Shown: positions 26,100 to 32,000 of the stretch, piece after piece
Layout: each line of letters opens with the position of its first letter
Numbering within the stretch: position 1 is the stretch's first letter
NCBI GenBank assembly: GCA_001761425.1
Contig: CP012986.1
Location: 990,001-1,022,000 of the forward strand
Reading direction: 5' to 3'
Length of the DNA stretch: 32,000 nt
From: Candidatus Saccharimonadota bacterium
Lineage (GTDB): Archaea; Nanohalarchaeota; Nanosalinia; Nanosalinales; Nanosalinaceae
The notes under the pieces: generated by a model
The model's input: the letters and a program-made list of their open reading frames with translations, nothing else
Databases searched by the model: none
Told to the model about the DNA's origin: nothing
Translations under genes and position numbers: made by a program

Positions 26100-26480
26100 T
26101 TGACTCAAAACCAGCGGTTTTGTCCCAACTGCGGTTCGACTAATGTCGAATTCGACACTGACCACACCAATGTCATAGGTGAGATAATAGCGAACCAGAA
26201 CAAGTGGGTGTGCAACGAATGCGGTTACAGAGGCCTTATGCCGCATCTTTCTCAGGATGAGAAAGATAGCTCAGAGCAGCAACCCGAGGGGTTGATGCGG
26301 CCAGAAGGAGACCCAGAGAAGTTTAATGAAGGCCTTGAAGAAGATGGCGAGATAGGATTCGATCCTGTCGAGCAAGAGACCCTGGATACCAGCCTAGGTA
26401 ATGCTTATTTCAAATATTTTGTCTACATCAGTTTTCCGGTAACAGTGCTGTATATACTGTTCAGGTTGCTAACAGGATGA
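26100..26480 (+). CDS. zinc-ribbon protein with a C-terminal transmembrane segment
   Basis: CPNCG, then CNECG, an acidic linker, then FVYISFPVTVLYILFRLL. TTG start. Confidence 0.55.
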   Translation: MTQNQRFCPNCGSTNVEFDTDHTNVIGEIIANQNKWVCNECGYRGLMPHLSQDEKDSSEQQPEGLMRPEGDPEKFNEGLEEDGEIGFDPVEQETLDTSLGNAYFKYFVYISFPVTVLYILFRLLTG

Positions 26481-26633
26481 ATTAATAGTTAGGCCTCCGG
26501 TTTGGTTTTTACAGGCTGTACCTATCACCTTTTAAATCTTGTAAAGACTTTCTGTGTTATCACCGGTGAAATTGGAATATGAACGAAACTCAAAGAATTT
26601 CTCAAAGACCAGAAAATTACGGAGTGATTTTCA

Positions 26634-28823
26634 ATGTCAGATAAAGAGCTTGATGCAATTAAAGAGGTAATTAACGATCCTGAGCACATCAGGAATATCG
26701 CTATTGCCGCACACATCGACCACGGAAAAACTACACTAACAGACAACCTGCTGGCGAGAGCTGGTATGATCTCGGACAAACTTGCTGGAGATCAGCGTTT
26801 CATGGACTTTGACGATCAGGAGGCAGAGAGAGGTATCACCATTTACTCTGCTAACATCTCAATGGTCCACGAATTTGACGATGAAGACTATTTGATCAAT
26901 CTTATCGACACTCCAGGGCACGTTGACTTCGGAGGAGACGTTACCCGAGCTATGCGTGCTGTCGACGGAGTAGTAGTCCTTGTCGACGCTGTCGACGGCG
27001 TTATGCCTCAGACAGAGACTGTTATGAAACAGGCACTTCAGGAAGGAGTTAAGCCAGTGCTTTTCATCAATAAAGTCGATCGCTTGATCGAAGAAATGCA
27101 GTTGACACCTGAAGAAATGCAGAAAAGATTTACTAAAATCATCAGAGGAGTTAACAACGCCCTGAGAAAGTACGCAGATGAAGAAACCGCAGAGGAATGG
27201 AAAATGTCCGTACAGGACGGAACAGTAGCATTCGGATCCGCACTCAAGAACTGGGCAATCTCCATGCCTCACATGGAAGAAACAGGCATGACCTTCGGAG
27301 ACCTGATCGACAGAGTAAACGAAGGAGACCACGAAGGCCTCAAAGAAGACGCACCTATCGAAGAAGTCGTACTTGACATGGTCGTAAAACACCTTGTCAA
27401 CCCTCAGGAATCCGCAGAATGGAGGATGCCAAAGGTATGGCCTGGCGACGTGAACACAGAAGTCGGACAGGACATGCTTGAACACGATGAAGACGGAAAA
27501 CTTGTAGGAGTCGTCACAAACGTAGAAGACGATGAACACGCAGGAACAATCGCTACAGCAAGACTCTTCGGAGGAACAATCCGTGAAGGAGACGAGCTTT
27601 ACGGTCTAGGTTCCCAAAAAACAGAGAGAGCACAGCAGGTCGGAATTTACTCTGGACCAAGAAAGCTCACAGTCGACAGCGTCCCAAACGGAAACATCGT
27701 CGCAATCACAGGCCCAGACTTCTCAACAGGAGAGACATTCATCCGCGACGGAGAAGAAGAGATCCAGCCGTTCGAGCAGATCGAACACGTATTCGAACCT
27801 GTCGTTACAAAGTCAATCGAACCAAAGAGAACTTCCGATCTTCCAAAGCTGATCGAAGAACTCAGAAAAAGATCCAAAGAAGACAACACAATCCAGGTCG
27901 ATATCGACGAAGAAACAGGAGAGACAAAGGTCTCAGGCCTTGGAGAACTGCACATCGAAGCAAAGATCGAAAGACATCTTGAAGAGAAAGGGATCGATAT
28001 CAACGTCTCCGAGCCTATCGTAGTCTTCAGAGAAGGTATCGAAGACGAATCCCCGGAAGTCTCAGGAAAGTCTCCGAACAGGCACAACGAACTCGTCATG
28101 TCTGTAGAACCACTACTCGAATCAGTCAGGAAGTTCCTCAAGGAAGACTACAAAGAAGTCAAGATGCAAGCAGACGAAGAACAGGAGATCAAGGAAGCAA
28201 TGATCGATGCAGGCCTTTCAAGAGACGAAGCAGACAACGTCATGACAGTCCACGAAGAAAACCTGCTAATCAACGCATCCAGAGGTATCAAGAACCTACG
28301 TGAAATCGAAGAATACCTGGTTGATGCTTTCGTAGAGTTCACGGACGAAGGCCCTATGGCCGGAGAACCTGTAATAGGCCTCAAGGTCGAGCTTCACGAC
28401 GCATCACTGCACGAGGACGCAATCCACAGAGGACCAAGCCAGATGATCCCGACAACGAAGGAAGCGATGACAAAAGGATTCCTCCAGGCAAGTCCAAGAA
28501 TGATCGAGCCAAAGCAGAAGCTGAGGATCGATACACCGACAGATACCATGGGAGACGCCATGACAGAAGTCTCCAACCGTAGAGGAGACGTCATCAACAT
28601 GGAAGAAGAAGGAGACTCATCAGTCATCAAATGTAAACTCCCGGTTGAAGAGCTGTTCGGCTTCGAAGCCGCACTCAAGTCGGCTACAAACGGTAAAGGA
28701 TTCTTCAGCCTGATCGACATCATCTACGAACCTCTACCGATGAACCTGGAAGAGGAAAAGATCATGGAGATCAGAGAAAGAAAAGGCATGAAGAAAGAGA
28801 TGCCAAGCCTTGAAGATGAGTAA
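26634..28823 (+). CDS. fusA: translation elongation factor aEF-2
   Basis: 729 aa. G-domain AHIDHGKTT, DTPGHVDF, NKVD. Diphthamide-site context HEDAIHRG. Confidence 0.95.
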   Translation: MSDKELDAIKEVINDPEHIRNIAIAAHIDHGKTTLTDNLLARAGMISDKLAGDQRFMDFDDQEAERGITIYSANISMVHEFDDEDYLINLIDTPGHVDFGGDVTRAMRAVDGVVVLVDAVDGVMPQTETVMKQALQEGVKPVLFINKVDRLIEEMQLTPEEMQKRFTKIIRGVNNALRKYADEETAEEWKMSVQDGTVAFGSALKNWAISMPHMEETGMTFGDLIDRVNEGDHEGLKEDAPIEEVVLDMVVKHLVNPQESAEWRMPKVWPGDVNTEVGQDMLEHDEDGKLVGVVTNVEDDEHAGTIATARLFGGTIREGDELYGLGSQKTERAQQVGIYSGPRKLTVDSVPNGNIVAITGPDFSTGETFIRDGEEEIQPFEQIEHVFEPVVTKSIEPKRTSDLPKLIEELRKRSKEDNTIQVDIDEETGETKVSGLGELHIEAKIERHLEEKGIDINVSEPIVVFREGIEDESPEVSGKSPNRHNELVMSVEPLLESVRKFLKEDYKEVKMQADEEQEIKEAMIDAGLSRDEADNVMTVHEENLLINASRGIKNLREIEEYLVDAFVEFTDEGPMAGEPVIGLKVELHDASLHEDAIHRGPSQMIPTTKEAMTKGFLQASPRMIEPKQKLRIDTPTDTMGDAMTEVSNRRGDVINMEEEGDSSVIKCKLPVEELFGFEAALKSATNGKGFFSLIDIIYEPLPMNLEEEKIMEIRERKGMKKEMPSLEDE

Positions 28824-28982
28824 AGGTTTCCCCTCTCATATCTTTTCCAATCTTTCCTTACAGACCAATTTCTGTGTAAAACCTGAGGCCTTTTAGAGAG
28901 GTTTTCCAGTATTTGACGCACAAAACCCTTTTTAAAGTTTAACAGGTAATCTGATTTTATACGCTTTACAGGTGATCAAAAA

Positions 28983-30269
28983 ATGGCTGATAAACCACAC
29001 ATTAATCTCGTATTTATTGGACACGTTGACCATGGTAAATCCACTTCAATTGGACGACTACTATGGGGAACGGAAAACCTTCCAGAAGAAGAAATGCGTA
29101 AGCTAGAAGAAGCTGCTGAGGAAGCAGGTAAGGAATCTTTCAACTTCGCCTTCGCGATGGACAATCTCGAAGAGGAAAGAGAAAGAGGAGTTACAATCGA
29201 TCTGGCCCACCAGGAGTTCGACTCTGACAATTACTATTTCACGATTATCGACGCTCCAGGGCACAGAGACTTCATTAAAAACATGATTACAGGAGCTTCT
29301 CAGGCTGACGCTGGAGTTCTAACAGTCGCAGCAGACGACGGAATCCAGCCTCAGACAAAGGAGCATGCTTACCTCTCCAAGACGCTGGGAATCGACCAGT
29401 TGATCGTCTCAGTTAACAAGATGGATCTTGAAGACTACAGCGAAGGAGCTTACGACGACATCAAGGACGAAGTTTCCGAGATGCTCCAGGGAGTCGGATA
29501 CGACCCAAGCGACATCCACTTCGTACCTATCTCCGCATTCGACGGAGAAAACGTTGTCGAAGACTCCACAGAGATGGACTGGTACGACGGTCCTTCACTC
29601 ATTGACGCACTGGACGACCTGGACGAACCTGAAAAGGCAATCGACCTACCGCTCAGAGCACCAATCCAGGATGTATACAACATCTCAGGAATTGGAGCAG
29701 TCACAGTCGGAAGAGTCGAGACAGGAGAGATCAACGCAGGAGACGACGTAGTCTTCGAACCAGCAAGTACAAGACTCAACAGGAACGTCGGTGGAGAAGC
29801 AAAGTCCATCGAAATGCACCACGAAGAAGTAGAAAGAGCAGAACCAGGAGACAACATCGGATGGAACACAAGAGGAGTCGGAGAAGACGATGTCAAGAAA
29901 GGAGACGTCGCAGGACCAGCAGACAATCCACCAACAGTTGTCGAAAAGTTCGAAGCACAGGTCATCGTCCTAAACCATCCAAACGTCATCTCCGAAGGAT
30001 ACACACCAGTATTCCACGTCAACACAGCACAGGTTTCATGCACATTTGAAGAAATCAAATCCACCATGAACCCAAAGACAGGAGAGACAATCGAAGAAGA
30101 CCCAGACTACATCAAACAGGGTCAGGCAGCAAAGGTCACAATCAGACCACAGCAGCCACTAGTCATCGAAGCAAACGGAGACATCCCACAGATGTCACGC
30201 TTCGCAATCAGAGACATGGGACAGACAGTCGGAGCCGGACAGGCCCTATCCGTCGAAGAAAAGGAATAG
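28983..30269 (+). CDS. tuf: translation elongation factor aEF-1alpha
   Basis: 428 aa. [21 protein letters not shown]. Shine-Dalgarno AGGTGA lies 7 nt upstream. Confidence 0.95.
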   Translation: MADKPHINLVFIGHVDHGKSTSIGRLLWGTENLPEEEMRKLEEAAEEAGKESFNFAFAMDNLEEERERGVTIDLAHQEFDSDNYYFTIIDAPGHRDFIKNMITGASQADAGVLTVAADDGIQPQTKEHAYLSKTLGIDQLIVSVNKMDLEDYSEGAYDDIKDEVSEMLQGVGYDPSDIHFVPISAFDGENVVEDSTEMDWYDGPSLIDALDDLDEPEKAIDLPLRAPIQDVYNISGIGAVTVGRVETGEINAGDDVVFEPASTRLNRNVGGEAKSIEMHHEEVERAEPGDNIGWNTRGVGEDDVKKGDVAGPADNPPTVVEKFEAQVIVLNHPNVISEGYTPVFHVNTAQVSCTFEEIKSTMNPKTGETIEEDPDYIKQGQAAKVTIRPQQPLVIEANGDIPQMSRFAIRDMGQTVGAGQALSVEEKE

Positions 30270-30301
30270 AAACTCCTCGAGAGTTTTGAGTTCCATCTTC
30301 A

Positions 30302-30320
30302 AGCCATGCACTGCATGGCT
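30302..30320. terminator. 19-bp perfect palindrome AGCCATGCA-C-TGCATGGCT followed by T-rich sequence
   Basis: Read directly from the sequence, 33 nt after the tuf stop. T-rich tracts (CTCTTTTTT) follow it. Confidence 0.3.
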
Positions 30321-30397
30321 CACCCCATTTCTCTTTCCATATATCTCTTTTTTCAACTTAACTTCCGAATGAAGCATCTGACAGTCCAATAAACCAG

Positions 30398-30405
30398 TTT
30401 TTTAA
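30398..30405 (+). promoter_or_regulatory. TATA-like TTTTTTAA for the acyltransferase gene
   Basis: Centred about 28 nt upstream of GTG 30430. Confidence 0.3.
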
Positions 30406-30429
30406 CAAACTGTAACAAAGAATTTTCCA

Positions 30430-31539
30430 GTGACTGAACGGATTGACAGCCTCGATACCCTGAAAGGCCTTGCGATCATCTCAGTGATCTACATTCACAG
30501 CAAGTTCTTCTTCAGCTCCCGGGAGATAGCTGAGGCCCTGAATTTTGTACTTGCAAACACTTCCCGGTTCGCCGTACCTGCCTTCTTCCTTACCTCAGGT
30601 TTCCTCCTAGGCAGAAAAATCAAAGAGAAAAACGATTTATCATTCATCCGAAGACAGCTTGAGAGCATAGGCCTGTACTATCTACTTGCCTCAGCGATCT
30701 ACATAATACCTACAGTAGCTATCCTCCATGCTAACCAGTACCTGAAGCTAGAGGTAGTATCTAACTGGTTGAAGCCTGTAAACATAGGAGTTCAAGGCCT
30801 TTTCAACTTCCTATACCTCGGAAAAGCAATAGCTCCTTTCCTGTGGTTTTTCACAGCACTTTTCTACTCCCTGATAGGAGTGTATGCATTCACAAGAAAA
30901 TACAGCGCTAAGTATCTAGTCCTGGGTTCCGCAGTTCTCCATGCATCACTGGTACTCTCGAACACGTACCTGTTCTGGGAAGGCCCTTTGCTTCCTGTAG
31001 AGGACGCTCTCTTCTTCGGCCTTCTTTTTACCTCAACCGGTTTCTGGATAGAGAAACAGGATTTTCAAAAGCTCTGGAGTGAAAAGACCCTGCTCGGACT
31101 GACAGGCCTTTTCTTTCTACTTAACCTTCTGGAAAGAGTGTTTATCTCCCTGAAAGTTCCTTCATGGGACATTTATTTCTGGGAGGGATTTTTCTGGGGT
31201 CCTTACTCGCTGTTCACAGCCCCGATGACAGTTTTTCTCTTTCTCTACCTACTGAAAAAACCAGATTTGGGAAACGACAGCAGGATCAACCTCTACGGAA
31301 AGTATACCCTGACAGGCTATATTCTACACCCTATAATTATCGGAGGACTTGTAGGCCTGAGCCTGGTACTTGAAGCTCTTCTACCCCTCCAGATTATGGG
31401 CACTCTGGCCTGGGACCTGGTTCTTTTCCCCTTTGCCTGTGTCCTGACTATGGAGACAGCAGTAAGAAACCAGGACAGGTTTAACTACGCGGTCAGAAAG
31501 ATGAAGGCCTTCGGAGAGAAAGCGAAGCGGTTCAGGTAA
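30430..31539 (+). CDS. acyltransferase family 3-like integral membrane protein
   Basis: N-terminus IDSLDTLKGLAIISVIYIHS (D-x-x-[KR]G...H motif) and about 10 hydrophobic segments. Confidence 0.65.
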   Translation: MTERIDSLDTLKGLAIISVIYIHSKFFFSSREIAEALNFVLANTSRFAVPAFFLTSGFLLGRKIKEKNDLSFIRRQLESIGLYYLLASAIYIIPTVAILHANQYLKLEVVSNWLKPVNIGVQGLFNFLYLGKAIAPFLWFFTALFYSLIGVYAFTRKYSAKYLVLGSAVLHASLVLSNTYLFWEGPLLPVEDALFFGLLFTSTGFWIEKQDFQKLWSEKTLLGLTGLFFLLNLLERVFISLKVPSWDIYFWEGFFWGPYSLFTAPMTVFLFLYLLKKPDLGNDSRINLYGKYTLTGYILHPIIIGGLVGLSLVLEALLPLQIMGTLAWDLVLFPFACVLTMETAVRNQDRFNYAVRKMKAFGEKAKRFR

Positions 31540-31584
31540 TAGGCCTTAATATCATTTATAAGATTTAACTCCGAACGGTTTTGT

Positions 31585-31893
31585 ATGCAGAGAGCAAGAG
31601 TAAAGCTGAGAAGTACCGACCAGGGAAAGGTTGACAGCCTGGCAGATGAAATCCTCGAGATCGGCGGCGAATATAACGCAAAGGTTTCAGGACCTGTACC
31701 GCTTCCAACACAGGAAATGGAAGTGACAACGAGAAAAGCTCCAGACGGAGAAGGAAGCTCTACAATCGAACACTACGAGATGCACGTACACAAAAGACTC
31801 ATCGATATCACAGAGTCCGAAAGAGCTTTGAGACAGGTCATGAGAGTCCACGTACCAGAAGGCGTAGACATCGAAATCGAACTACAGGAATAA
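31585..31893 (+). CDS. rps10: 30S ribosomal protein S10 (uS10)
   Basis: 102 aa. ARVKLRSTD, then SGPVPLPT, then HKRLIDI. Confidence 0.9.
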   Translation: MQRARVKLRSTDQGKVDSLADEILEIGGEYNAKVSGPVPLPTQEMEVTTRKAPDGEGSSTIEHYEMHVHKRLIDITESERALRQVMRVHVPEGVDIEIELQE

Positions 31894-32000
31894 ACACAAG
31901 GCCCTTCAAACAGGGAAAAACCTGTCCAAATTTAAAACTTCTAACAACTACTTTTTCTACACAGATTTGACGTACAGTTGACTAAGAGAAATGGGCCATT

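Larger units (their letters stand above)
1..32000. repeat. dispersed palindromic hexamer AGGCCT, about 110 copies by manual scan
   Basis: Line-by-line reading. Example copies start at 6, 928, 1074, 1175, 1421, 1630, 1871, 1982, 2294, 2324, 2425 and continue to 31505 and 31551. The motif is found in coding sequence in all frames and in intergenic DNA. Confidence 0.8.

Noticed and set aside
26524-26569. EF-2 upstream region containing ATCACCT (identical to the expected anti-SD tail) and the 10-bp palindrome TCACCGGTGA (26560-26569), considered as an SD-sequestering riboswitch-like leader
   Set aside because: ATCACCT lies immediately upstream of the TATA-like TTTTAAAT and so is probably not transcribed. 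The palindrome is short, and its relation to the actual Shine-Dalgarno site (GGAGTGA near 26620) is weak. There is not enough evidence for a regulatory structure.
26859-27539. Long antisense or alternative-frame ORFs inside conserved genes: 26859..27539 and 27647..28141 in EF-2, 23326..24054 in the ABC1 kinase, 29450..30067 in tuf, 15549..16019 and 17818..18187 in rpoB, 5055..5423 and 2736..3074
   Set aside because: They lie entirely within genes whose sense-frame products match well-known families. Their translations are Ser/Leu/Cys/Phe-rich low-complexity sequences. They are frame shadows produced by the strongly purine-rich (GAA/GAC) coding strand.
1-32000. CRISPR arrays, rRNA genes, IS elements or transposases, and inteins in the rpo/EF genes
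   Set aside because: There are no regularly spaced 25-40 nt repeats and no rRNA-like segments. No DDE or HUH transposase motifs appear in any ORF. The RNA polymerase and elongation-factor proteins have ordinary lengths with contiguous conserved motifs, so no intein insertion is evident.

Overview
The window looks like an archaeal chromosome segment. Evidence: split rpoB (B''/B') and rpoA (A'/A''), aEF-2/aEF-1alpha, a tRNA intron with a bulge-helix-bulge, and TATA boxes about 27 nt upstream of start codons. The proteome is very acidic and the core is about 45-50% GC in sampled lines, which suggests a halophile, possibly Nanohaloarchaeota/DPANN-like. That lineage call is inference only.

Positions 15.2-31.9 kb hold the conserved information-processing cluster: rpoH-rpoB''-rpoB'-rpoA'-rpoA''-nusA-[ABC1 kinase]-rps12-rps7-[Zn-ribbon protein]-EF-2-EF-1alpha-[acyltransferase]-rps10. 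Positions 1-15 kb hold rps3ae, tRNA-Lys(CUU) with an 80-nt intron, NUDIX, peptidase S51, an AsnB-Dph6 fusion, NucS, RadC, membrane proteins and several acidic hypotheticals.

Most notable observations:
1. A ~4 kb low-GC island starts at the 3' end of tRNA-Lys. It encodes an unrecognised cassette built around a NucS-like PD-(D/E)xK nuclease that ends in a PIP-box-like peptide.
2. The palindromic hexamer AGGCCT occurs about 110 times by manual count, against about 6 expected from composition. It occurs in all reading frames, is missing from the island and from the first ~900 bp, and is absent from the most conserved genes.
3. Two Shine-Dalgarno-led micro-ORFs exactly fill the gaps rpoB''/rpoB' and rpoA'/rpoA''.
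4. A collapsed tRNA-Lys-like mini-element lies just upstream of the real tRNA.

No CRISPR array, rRNA, transposase or integrase could be supported.
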